Shown here: in pieces, positions 9,081 through 17,659 of the stretch
Layout: every line of letters begins with the position of its first letter
Position numbering within the stretch: position 1 is the first letter of the stretch
DNA from: an uncultured Thermoleophilia bacterium
GTDB lineage: Bacteria; Actinomycetota; Thermoleophilia; UBA2241
Direction of reading: 5' to 3'
NCBI GenBank assembly: GCA_963717285.1
Contig: CAVQVW010000004.1
Coordinates: 28,494 to 92,493 of the forward strand
DNA length: 64,000 bases
The notes under the pieces: generated by a model
Told to the model about the DNA's origin: nothing
Seen by the model: the letters and a program-made list of their open reading frames with translations, nothing else
The model's database searches: none
Made by a program: the position numbers and the translations under genes

Positions 9081-10182
9081 TCAGCAAGGAAGCGCTGACG
9101 CTATGGCCAGAGGATCCGGCTTCACGAACTCACGACCGCGCAGCCAGAGATCGGCGGTCTCGGGCAACCTGAGGTAGACGGCCCGGGCGATGCCGAGGGT
9201 ACGTTCGGGGTGACGCTCCCAGGAGTGCTCTAAGGCGATCGAACCCAGCGCCGACTCGAGTGGCGAACTCGAGGAGAAGCGTTCCGCCCACGGTCCCAGG
9301 TGCTCGGCCGCAGCGATGAAGGCGCGCTTCTCAGCGTTGCAGCGCGCGTCGGCGACGACCAGGTTCTCGATGCCGTTGTCGGGCACGCGTGACCAGGGCA
9401 GGAAGTGGTCGACCTCGACTCTGTCGCGCAGCTTCTTCCCGCAGTAGAAGCAGGCGTTGTCCTGCAGCTCGCGCAGGGGAGGCAGGAGCCGCGCTGTGGA
9501 CACGCGCTCGGCGCCGAAGAGGAACTGCGTCAAGCCGGAATCGGCGAGCGCCTCGGCGTTGAAGCGCGTCACCAGATCCATCCACTTGGCCTCGATGAGC
9601 GGCCGCAGCAGAGCCGGCCAGCTGCACCAGGTAGTCGCCGGCCCCGCCGACGAAGACGAGACGTCGGTCGAACCCGGGCCGGCGCGCCTCGCCCGCCGTC
9701 ACCTGCGCATCCCAGGCGATCTCGTAGACGAACGGGTCGTGGGTGGCCCCCACGAACTGCAGACGCGGGATGGGCATCTCTATCAACTTCCACTCGACGC
9801 GCTCAAGGAGGTGCTGGAACGCCGCCGGCGCACTGCTGCGAGCTTCAGCAAGGGACGCCGAGGGATCGGGCGCGTGGCGCTCGCGGAAGGACTCGATGGC
9901 GCGCACGATCTCGGCCTGGCCCTTGGCGTTCTGGCGCAGCACGAGCGTCTCCTCCTGGGCGACGTAGGGACTCGTCTGCGGCCAGTAGAGCTCGAGGATG
10001 CGCTGGGCGAGGTCGGCGGTGGTCACCGTCGCAGGCGCTCTGCCCTCGGCTGTCGTGTGCTCCATGCAGGTGTCCATCAGGGCGAGCAGGAGGGCGTACT
10101 TGTAGGTGGCCGTGGTGCGGCCTTGATCGATGAGGGCGAGTAGGCGCTCGGCGAAGGCCAGTGCGCCGGGAGCCTCGCTCAC
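9081..10182 (-). CDS. HNH endonuclease with N-terminal helical domain (frameshift near 9605)
   Basis: N-part TTATYKYALLLAL and C-part CFYCG...EVDHFLPWSR...NLVVADARCN; GTG 10182 overlaps the HIT stop. Confidence 0.8.
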
Positions 10183-10565
10183 TCCTTCTCCCAGTAGGGC
10201 GCCAAACGGGGGATCACGTGGCGCACGCCGCCGCGGGGGTCCTCCACGTCGCCGGGGTAGCGAGGGATCACGTGCAGGTGGACGTGGGCGATCGTCTGAC
10301 CGGCCTCTGCGCCGACGTTGACCCCGAGGTTGAAGCTCTGCGCCCCATGCTCGATCCGCAGCTGCTCGCAGACCTCGCGGGCCAGCGACCAGAGGTCGGC
10401 GAACTCCTCCTCGCTGAGCTGCAGGAGATCGGCCTCGTGGCGCCGCGGCACGATGAGGGTGTGACCCGGACTGACGGGAAAAGCGTCGGAGATGGCGACG
10501 GCGCTCCCCCGGGAGAGTCCGGTGAGGCCATCGGCGATGCGCTCGCAGAAGGGACAATCAGCCAC
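10179..10565 (-). CDS. HIT family hydrolase
   Basis: CPFC...DAFPVSPGHTLIVPRRH...AGQTIAHVHLHVIPR (histidine triad). Confidence 0.93.
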   Translation of the reverse strand: MADCPFCERIADGLTGLSRGSAVAISDAFPVSPGHTLIVPRRHEADLLQLSEEEFADLWSLAREVCEQLRIEHGAQSFNLGVNVGAEAGQTIAHVHLHVIPRYPGDVEDPRGGVRHVIPRLAPYWEKE

Positions 10566-10697
10566 GGATGAACCCTGCTCGTCCTGCACTGATCCCCGCT
10601 CCATTCGCTGCCCCGTGGCGCTCGCTCGAAGTCTACCGGAGGAGCATTGCGGAGAGCGAGGGGTTCCACCCCGAAATCGGGCCGCACAGGTCTGCAC

Positions 10698-10905
10698 GAC
10701 CTGTCGGACGCCGAGAAGCGCTGCTCAGGGCGCCCTCGCCGCTCAATCGCCGACGCACCGTAGTCGAGCATCCTGCGTCGTAGTTCGCGTTTCGCGTCCT
10801 CCGAAGCCCCGTTCTGACCGCGTTCGAGCCTAGGAGGTCGTCAGAGCGGCCCGAAAAGCGAAGCAGGGCGAACCAGGATGACGCTATCTCAGCGCTGATG
10901 CGCAC
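10698..10905. repeat. 208-bp direct repeat, copy 1
   Basis: Ungapped match to 16717-16924 with about 19 substitutions by manual alignment. Confidence 0.9.
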
Positions 10906-11151
10906 ACGCATCGTGACCTACGGTCGCGGCGGGGAGCCTTCGGTGCTCCCTTCACCACCGTCGTTCCCGGGATGGGTGACGAATAGGATGGCGGTCGAGT
11001 GGAACTACGGTTCCGCGTTAGTTGACATATGGTTCAAGGACCGACCGAGGAGATGGCTGGTGCCGCAGAACACCGAACTGCTTGAGGCTAGACGACTCGA
11101 TGGTGAGGCGGCGGCCCGCGACCGGGAGTCTACGCCCGCAGCGGCGGAACG

Positions 11152-12735
11152 ATGACGGCCTCGCACTTCTTCACGCTCTCGCAAGTTACGGGGCGCATCG
11201 CCGAGGTACTCGCGCCGCACATGGGCAAGACCTTTTGGGTCCGGGCCGAGATCTCGTCAGGCAGGGAACGCGGTGGCTCCTTCTACTGCGACCTCGTCGA
11301 GACCGGCGAGAACGGTGCGATCAGCGCCAAGATGCGGTGCACTCTTTGGAGCCAGGACCTGGCGAGAATCAGGAAGAAGTTCGAGGAGGCTGGCGTTCCC
11401 CTGGTGTTCGATAGCGGCACCGAGGTCGGACTGTTGTGCTCGCTGCAGTACGACGCGCGCTATGGCCTCTCACTCCAGGCGCAGGACGCCGACCCGGCGT
11501 TCGCCGTCGGAGAACTCGAGTTGCGACGCCGCGCCATTCTACAGCGCCTTGAGAAGGAAGGGCTCTTCGAGCCGAACAAGCGCTTGCCGGTACCGTTGCT
11601 GCCCCAGCGCATGGGCGTCGTCACCAGCCGCTCGAGCGCGGCGTTCAGCGACTTCCTCAAGACGCTGACTCACCCCAAGTTCGGCTTTCGCATCCTGGTC
11701 GCCGACACCCAGATGCAGGGGCCGCAGACCGAAGCCTCGGCCCTGCGCGCGCTCGATGCCCTCGAACGCCTGAAGCCCGACCTCATCGTCATCATTCGCG
11801 GCGGCGGCAGCCGTACCGACCTTGCGTCTTTGGACAATGAGGCGGTCGCCCGACGTATCGCCGCCTGCCCGATACCTGTGTGGAGCGGGATCGGCCACGA
11901 GACCGACGAGAGCGTCATCGACTACGTCGCCAATATGCGCCACAAGACTCCAACGGCAGTCGCCACGGCCATCCTCGAACGCTTTGAAGAAGCTGCGAGC
12001 CACCTTGAGGTTGGAAGAGAGCGCCTCGGGACCACCTGGGCCTATCGTCAACAGATGGAGCGGCGGCGGTTCGAGCGCGACAGGACAGGCATACGCCAGG
12101 GAACGCGCAAGCTGGTTGACGTTTCAGGCGCGCAACTCGAACAGCGGCGGCAAGCTCTGCACCAGCGGGTCCAGAGGCGACTTGCCACCGAGCGCACCGC
12201 CCACGAGGCGACCCAGCAGCGAATCGTCTCAGCAAGCCGCTCCTTGCTACGCGCGGAGGCCGAGCGTCTTCGGAGCGCACGTAAACGCTTCCGCACCACT
12301 TGGGCCTATCGCCGCGAGATGGAGCGCCGCCGCTTCGAGCGCGACCGCACGGGCTTCCGGCACGGCACACGCAAGCTCACCGATGTAGCGCGGGCCGAAC
12401 TCGGGGGGCGCCGACACCGCTTCGCCGGCGCCGCTCGATCCGCCCTCGTCGTGATGGAGAGCGAACTGCGCGCACGCCGATCGCGCTTCACCCCGAAGCG
12501 CGCCCAAGCGCGGGCGGAGGCCGAGAGCAAGCGTCTGACGTCCAAGAGCCAGGCATTGCGGCTGGCTGACCCCGAGCAGAATCTCAAGCGAGGGTTCGCC
12601 CTCGTGTACGACCGCTCAGGCCGGGTGATAGCCTCAGTGCGCGGGCTTTCCCGAGGCGAGACCTTGACTACCCGAGTAGGCGACGGAAGCATCGCGAGTA
12701 GCGTGGAGAGCGTGGAGGTGGACGAACATGACTGA
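11152..12735 (+). CDS. xseA: Exodeoxyribonuclease VII large subunit with extended coiled-coil
   Basis: OB fold FWVRAEIS...FYCDL, GVVTSRSSAAFSDF, IIRGGGS..DL, SGIGHETD..VIDYVA...TPTAVA, and C-terminal PEQNLKRGFALV. Confidence 0.92.
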   Translation: MTASHFFTLSQVTGRIAEVLAPHMGKTFWVRAEISSGRERGGSFYCDLVETGENGAISAKMRCTLWSQDLARIRKKFEEAGVPLVFDSGTEVGLLCSLQYDARYGLSLQAQDADPAFAVGELELRRRAILQRLEKEGLFEPNKRLPVPLLPQRMGVVTSRSSAAFSDFLKTLTHPKFGFRILVADTQMQGPQTEASALRALDALERLKPDLIVIIRGGGSRTDLASLDNEAVARRIAACPIPVWSGIGHETDESVIDYVANMRHKTPTAVATAILERFEEAASHLEVGRERLGTTWAYRQQMERRRFERDRTGIRQGTRKLVDVSGAQLEQRRQALHQRVQRRLATERTAHEATQQRIVSASRSLLRAEAERLRSARKRFRTTWAYRREMERRRFERDRTGFRHGTRKLTDVARAELGGRRHRFAGAARSALVVMESELRARRSRFTPKRAQARAEAESKRLTSKSQALRLADPEQNLKRGFALVYDRSGRVIASVRGLSRGETLTTRVGDGSIASSVESVEVDEHD

Positions 12736-12940
12736 TGAGGAGCCGAAGCAGACCTACGAGCAGAAGATGGCGCGCCTGGACGAGATTCTGACGCGCATCG
12801 ACAATTCCGAGACGCCGATCGACGAACTCGCCGAGGATGTCAAGGAAGGTGCGCGTCTGATCAAGGACCTCGAGGCGAAGCTCAAGGAAGTCGAGACCGA
12901 GGTAGCGGACGCCTTCAAGGAACTGGAAGAGAAGGCGTAG
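12728..12940 (+). CDS. xseB: Exodeoxyribonuclease VII small subunit
   Basis: TYEQKMARLDEILTRIDNSETPIDELAEDVKEGARLIKDLEAKLKEVE; overlaps the xseA stop. Confidence 0.9.
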   Translation: MTDEEPKQTYEQKMARLDEILTRIDNSETPIDELAEDVKEGARLIKDLEAKLKEVETEVADAFKELEEKA

Positions 12941-12952
12941 AGGAAGCGCGCG

Positions 12953-13729
12953 TCATTCGCGCGTCTCCACGTTCGCCAAGTGACGCCTGTCCAGGTCGCC
13001 GATGACGCCGTCAATGAGCTTTCGATAGACCTCTGCCGCCGGGCCGACCTCCGAAACAGGTGGCCGCTTCGCCTGAAGGAACCGGGCCAGATCTGCATAG
13101 CTCATGAACTCGATAGCCATCCCTGCTGCAAGTTCCCGGAATCGCTTCTCTTGAGGACGGAAACCCTTGCGACTTCCGTTCAAGAACGACCCGACATCAG
13201 TCTGAATGGCCTGGCGCAGCTCAGCCACAGATGCAAAGCGCTCCTGCCAAAGGCCAGAGAAGTCCCCTTTGCCAAGCAAGAGCAGAGAATGGCTTCGCTG
13301 CCGACCCGTGTGGCTCTCGACGGCCACGCCGAGCAGAGCGTACTTGAGTACTTGCGTCACGCTACACCTGGCGCCGACCTTCATCTCGAGCGAGACGACA
13401 TCTGCGTCGGATGCGAAGAGGAGATCCGGCTGCATCGCCTTCTCGAGGTCGAACTCGGAGTCGACACTGCGGCCGTGCAGGGCGAACGCGTATTCGAAGG
13501 GTCGCGCGAACAGCTCCTCGAAGAGCGCGTTACGCAGGGATGACGGCGCCAGCAGGAAGAACTGCTCCAAGTTCTGGTTCAGCGTCACCTCGATGCGACG
13601 GAGGTGCCTCTTCACCTTCTCGGGCGTGTCGAGGCGGGCGCTCGCGTGCTTCTTGCGGCCGATGTGCTGCGGCTCCCAGTAGAAGAACTCGAGCGCCTCG
13701 TAGTAGCTATCGATCCAGCTCGGTTCCAC
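12953..13729 (-). CDS. Putative PD-(D/E)xK nuclease
   Basis: QPDLLF...SLEMKV...TQVLKY (PD..ExK..QxxxY), with RBS GAGGAGG before GTG 13729. Confidence 0.6.
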   Translation of the reverse strand: MEPSWIDSYYEALEFFYWEPQHIGRKKHASARLDTPEKVKRHLRRIEVTLNQNLEQFFLLAPSSLRNALFEELFARPFEYAFALHGRSVDSEFDLEKAMQPDLLFASDADVVSLEMKVGARCSVTQVLKYALLGVAVESHTGRQRSHSLLLLGKGDFSGLWQERFASVAELRQAIQTDVGSFLNGSRKGFRPQEKRFRELAAGMAIEFMSYADLARFLQAKRPPVSEVGPAAEVYRKLIDGVIGDLDRRHLANVETRE

Positions 13730-13834
13730 ATGCCCTCCTCTGGTTCCCGACTCGGGAGCACCTGCCCGAGGCCCGTCTTGCCTCGACTGCTCCATCGACC
13801 AGATGCCCGGCGTCTCGTACACGGAGTCTACGCT

Positions 13835-14833
13835 TCAGAAGCCGTACCGCTCCTCGATCCAAGCACACCACGACGTCCATTCCGATCCCTCGTCGCGCGC
13901 CTTCACCCACGCGATCCAGTCCTGGTGCGTGAACACGCAGAACGACGCCCTGCCGGGGAACAGGCCTCCCCAGTCGCTGACGTCATTGAGACCGGTCCTG
14001 CGCAACGAGTGCCTGAGCGTGTCGTTGCGCGCATCGAGGGCGACGCAAGAGACGACGAACTCGTACTCACCCGATGCCGCGATACCTTCGGCGAGTGCCT
14101 GCTGGCGCAGAAGCTGGTAGCCGGCCGTGGCTCCCGGACAGCACCGGAGACCAGCCAGCCGCTCGCTATCGACGGCGTCCCCGAGGCGCTCCCAGTACTT
14201 GCGACCCCAGGCGTGCTGATGGCAGAGCGTCGGGTCTGCCGAGACCGCGCCGGCATCCAGGCAGCGAGACCTGTCCGGGTTCGCCGGGCGAGACGCCGAA
14301 CCGACGGACCGTCGGGCGGAGCAAGGGTAGAACGAGTGCTCGGTCAGCTTGTTCTCGACGAGCAGCAGCCCCGTGCGACCGTTGACCAGGACGGCGATGT
14401 CGGGAGACGTCTGGCCACTGCCGCGCGACCCTCCGTCCTCGCCGAGAAGCTGCGCCGGCGACAGTTCGCCGGTCTCCGCGTACTCCAACTCGACCGAGTC
14501 CACAGTTCGGATGCCGCCGTGCACCTTCGCTCGAAGAAACGCGGCCAGAAGTGCGCGTCCGCCGTCGGTCTGACCAAACGGGAAGTAGGTGTTCACGCCG
14601 GACACCCAGGAGCTCTTCAGGTTGTGCGAGCCCGCATGTCGAGTGACACCATTCTTCGGCAAGTACTCAGAGAGTGGAGCGCGGACCTCATCCCACAGTG
14701 CGAGTTCCCAGAGTGATGCCGGCAGTATCCAGGGACGCCGGACCCCGTTCTGGGAACCCTGCTCGATCGTCTCGATGTGGTGGCCGCGCCACTCGACCTG
14801 CCGCTCGCTCATGTACTTGTCGAAGTCACGCAT
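13835..14833 (-). CDS. Putative restriction-endonuclease-fold protein (PGN_0703/REase-ARP-like)
   Basis: HNLKSS...N.YFPF...LEY...GQTSPDIA...LVENKLTE..F..C, Cys cluster, YQLLRQQALA. Confidence 0.65.
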   Translation of the reverse strand: MRDFDKYMSERQVEWRGHHIETIEQGSQNGVRRPWILPASLWELALWDEVRAPLSEYLPKNGVTRHAGSHNLKSSWVSGVNTYFPFGQTDGGRALLAAFLRAKVHGGIRTVDSVELEYAETGELSPAQLLGEDGGSRGSGQTSPDIAVLVNGRTGLLLVENKLTEHSFYPCSARRSVGSASRPANPDRSRCLDAGAVSADPTLCHQHAWGRKYWERLGDAVDSERLAGLRCCPGATAGYQLLRQQALAEGIAASGEYEFVVSCVALDARNDTLRHSLRRTGLNDVSDWGGLFPGRASFCVFTHQDWIAWVKARDEGSEWTSWCAWIEERYGF

Positions 14834-15124
14834 CCGTCTCCGATCAGAGCGCCGCTGGTGGCGGCCCGACAGTATCTCTCCCACGGGCAGGTACTCCGCA
14901 CTCTGCGTGAGATCACGGCCGCAAGCTGCCACCGCACCTCACGACGCTACCACCGATCTCGAAGGGCGACCAGAGGCCTCTCGATGGCGCCCTGCTCAGC
15001 GGGTGCGGCCTCGGAGCAGTCGGGCGAGTGCGGGTGCGCCCTGACTGTCTCAGAGGGCGCACGATTCATCTCCGACCTTTGGTCGGGGTGCTCCGGCTCT
15101 TCCGTCACCTCCCCCGTGTACCAT

Positions 15125-15904
15125 GTGGCCGTGGAGTCCGGACCACAGCGAATCGCCAGCGCGATTCACGCCGCCAACACCCAGGGGCGTGCCGCCTTGA
15201 TGATCTGCCTACCGTGGAACGAAAGCGTGGAGTGGCTGCTTGAGGCCGCACGCGTGTCCGTGGCCGCAGGCGCTGATCTTCTCGAGTTCCAGGTGCGGGC
15301 GCCCTACCATCCGAGTACGACGATCGATTCCGTCCGTGCCGTGGCGAGCTACGTCGATGCACCGTGCCTCATATGGTCGGACTTCGCCGTCGTCCACGCC
15401 TTCGCCATCGCCGAGGAGCAGCCCTGGCGCCTGGTGCCCGAGTGCGTCGATGCCGGCATCTGCGGCGTGGTGTGTCCCAGCGCCGAGGGCTGGATCGATG
15501 CGTTCGCAAGTGCCTGCGGCTGGGATCTCGCGTCGGTCAACTTCATGGCGCCCGATTTCGGGCCCGCGCACCTCGAGGCCGCCTGCAGAAGCACCCGCGG
15601 CTTCGCCTATGCGATAGGGCTCAAGACCAGTCCCGCGTCGGATCCGACAGTCGTCGCGACACTCGCTTGGTTCCTCGCGCAGGTACGCAAGACGAGCGGC
15701 CAGCCGGTCTTCGTCGGCGCCGGAGTCGCCACGCCGAAACAGGCGGCTCTGGCGGCCGCCTACGCCGACGGCGTCGCCGTGGCGAAGGCGGTCTTCGAGA
15801 CCATCGGCAGGGCGACCGGCCGCGGCGACGAAGGCATCGAGGCTCTCTCCGGTCTCGTGCGATCGATGCGGGTCACTCTCGAAGAAGCGGCGCGCCCGCG
15901 GTAG
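15125..15904 (+). CDS. Divergent tryptophan synthase alpha-chain-like TIM barrel protein
   Basis: GRAALM...AGADLLEF...TRGFAY...PVFVGAGVATPKQA...ADGVAV match TrpA, but the PFSDPxADG loop is missing. Confidence 0.7.
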   Translation: MAVESGPQRIASAIHAANTQGRAALMICLPWNESVEWLLEAARVSVAAGADLLEFQVRAPYHPSTTIDSVRAVASYVDAPCLIWSDFAVVHAFAIAEEQPWRLVPECVDAGICGVVCPSAEGWIDAFASACGWDLASVNFMAPDFGPAHLEAACRSTRGFAYAIGLKTSPASDPTVVATLAWFLAQVRKTSGQPVFVGAGVATPKQAALAAAYADGVAVAKAVFETIGRATGRGDEGIEALSGLVRSMRVTLEEAARPR

Positions 15905-15995
15905 CTGCAGTCGCGCGGTCTCCCGGCAGCCGAACTGACTCGAGAGCAAGCGAGAGGCGAGCACGAGGCTACGAGACACGGTCATGGATGCCCCC

Positions 15996-16424
15996 TCAGA
16001 ACGGGAACTCACCGTCGTCGTCCGCCTCCAGCGGAGGGAGCGGTGGCGCAGAGCCCGTCTCCTGCGTCGGGTAGCCGCCTCCGCCGCCGCTCTGGCCCTT
16101 GGGCGGAAAGACGACGTCGCCGGCGATGATCTTGACGGCGCTGCGCTTCTCGCCGGCCTCGGTCTGCCAGCGGTCCTGACGCAGGCGGCCGCTGATCTCG
16201 ACGTGGCTGCCCTTGTGCAACCACTCGGCGCAGTGCTCGGCAGTGGCGCCGAAGACGGTGACGTCGAAGTAGTCGGGGCGGTCCTGCCACTCGCCGTGCA
16301 GCTTCTCGCGGCCGTTCACGGCGACGGACAGGGAGCAGACGCTGTGGCCGCCTGCGGTGGTGCGCAGTTCGGGGTCCTTCGTCAAATTGCCGCTGATGGC
16401 GACGAGGTTGAGTGCCTTGCTCAC
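15996..16424 (-). CDS. ssb: Single-stranded DNA-binding protein
   Basis: LNLVAISGNLTKDPELRTT...KGSHVEISGRLRQDRW and acidic tail DDDGEFPF. Confidence 0.95.
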   Translation of the reverse strand: MSKALNLVAISGNLTKDPELRTTAGGHSVCSLSVAVNGREKLHGEWQDRPDYFDVTVFGATAEHCAEWLHKGSHVEISGRLRQDRWQTEAGEKRSAVKIIAGDVVFPPKGQSGGGGGYPTQETGSAPPLPPLEADDDGEFPF

Positions 16425-16473
16425 GGTTGCTCCTTCTCACGTGTGGGTGGGGCGCTCGCGTGCCCACGCCTCC

Positions 16474-16539
16474 CTACCGGTCGGTGACCAGCCAGAAGAT
16501 GACGACAGCGAGGACGATCAGCCAGAGGATGGTCATCAT
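16474..16539 (-). CDS. 21-aa hydrophobic single-TM peptide
   Basis: GAGGAGG RBS, then MMTILWLIVLAVVIFWLVTDR*; below the ORF-track length cutoff. Confidence 0.55.
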   Translation of the reverse strand: MMTILWLIVLAVVIFWLVTDR

Positions 16540-16716
16540 GGATCCTCCTCCCCTCGGACCGTCGGGTCGATCCGTATCGGCTTCCATAGTGACCCGAGAC
16601 AGGACCCGCTACTGGCTTCGTGCGGCCGCCGGTCCAGCAAGTGCTGTAGTGCCTGCCGGGATCAGTGTAGACCGGGTCGCGGACGGAGCGCTGTCCCAGC
16701 GGGAACAGGACACCCA

Positions 16717-16924
16717 GACCTGTCGGACGCCGAGAAGCGCTGCTCAGGGCGCCCTCGCCGCTCAATCGCCGACGCACCGTAGTCGAGTGTCCTGCGTCGT
16801 AGTTCGCATTTCGCGTCCTCCGAAGCCCCGTTCCGGCAAGGCTCGAGCCTGAGAGGGCGGGAGAGCGGCCCGAGAAGCGAAGCAGGGCGAACCAGGATGA
16901 CGCCATCTCGGCGCTATTGCGCAC
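16717..16924. repeat. 208-bp direct repeat, copy 2
   Basis: Match to 10698-10905; starts at the stop codon of the last gene of the leftward element operon. Confidence 0.9.
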
Positions 16925-17249
16925 GAGCTTCGCGCGTCTCCGACTGCACTGGAGAGTCCTCGACGTCCCCCCTGCCATCGTCCACGGGATCGCCCTCGCG
17001 CGCCACCAGCGCGATCTCGATCTCTGCGGCGAGCTCCCGAGCGTACCCATCGCCCTCGCGTTCGATCCAGCCGCACCAGGAGAGGTCCTCGGAGGGGGGC
17101 CAAGTCGGCGATCCGGCCCTCCGCAGCGAGAGGCGCACCAGACGGCCGAGGTGGGCGTGGGCGCAGAGTTCTGCCGATATCCTCTGTAGACGCGCGAGGC
17201 GCCGACGCAGCTCGCAGGGCGAGGGTCGAGGCGGTGGCGTGCGTCTCAC
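16914..17249 (-). CDS. Hypothetical element protein
   Basis: Start overlaps the stop of 17246-17659 (GTGA coupling) within the leftward operon. Confidence 0.5.
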   Translation of the reverse strand: MRRTPPPRPSPCELRRRLARLQRISAELCAHAHLGRLVRLSLRRAGSPTWPPSEDLSWCGWIEREGDGYARELAAEIEIALVAREGDPVDDGRGDVEDSPVQSETREARAQ

Positions 17250-17659
17250 GGGGTCTGCTCCTCCAGAGCGTTGAGGTCTGTCTCGAGGCGGACGAGGTCG
17301 GCCTCGAACGCCTCCAGCGAGAGGGGCTTCTCCCGGGTGAGACGCGCCAGGCCGAGCAGTGCGACCAGCCTGTCGAGGGTGGCGCGGGCGGAACGCAGGT
17401 CCCCGGCCGAGAGCTGACGTCTCATGATGAGCTCATAGCCGGCGATCGCGAGGCCCAGCTCGGCACGGCTGTCGACCTCGGCGCTCTCGCGCAGGCGCTC
17501 GAGGGCGGCGACCACGTACTGCTGGGCGGCACGCTCCCCGAGACCCCACCGCTCGCGCGCGAAGCGCACCACCGAACGACGCGGGGCGCGCGAGGCGAGG
17601 AGCTCAGAGAGCTCGGCCAAGCGCTGCTCGCGCTCGGCCCTAGTCGCTCGCCGGGGCAC
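17246..17659 (-). CDS. HTH protein, phage terminase-small-subunit-like
   Basis: N-terminal HTH (RSVVRFARERWGLGERAAQQYV), helical C-term ending LDRLVALLGL, and position directly after the ParB-MTase. Confidence 0.45.
   Translation of the reverse strand: MPRRATRAEREQRLAELSELLASRAPRRSVVRFARERWGLGERAAQQYVVAALERLRESAEVDSRAELGLAIAGYELIMRRQLSAGDLRSARATLDRLVALLGLARLTREKPLSLEAFEADLVRLETDLNALEEQTP

Noticed and set aside
11152-14833. Possible retron, given ExoVII's role in msDNA processing and a nearby structured repeat
   Set aside because: No reverse transcriptase (YADD/NAxxH/VTG motifs) was seen in the window
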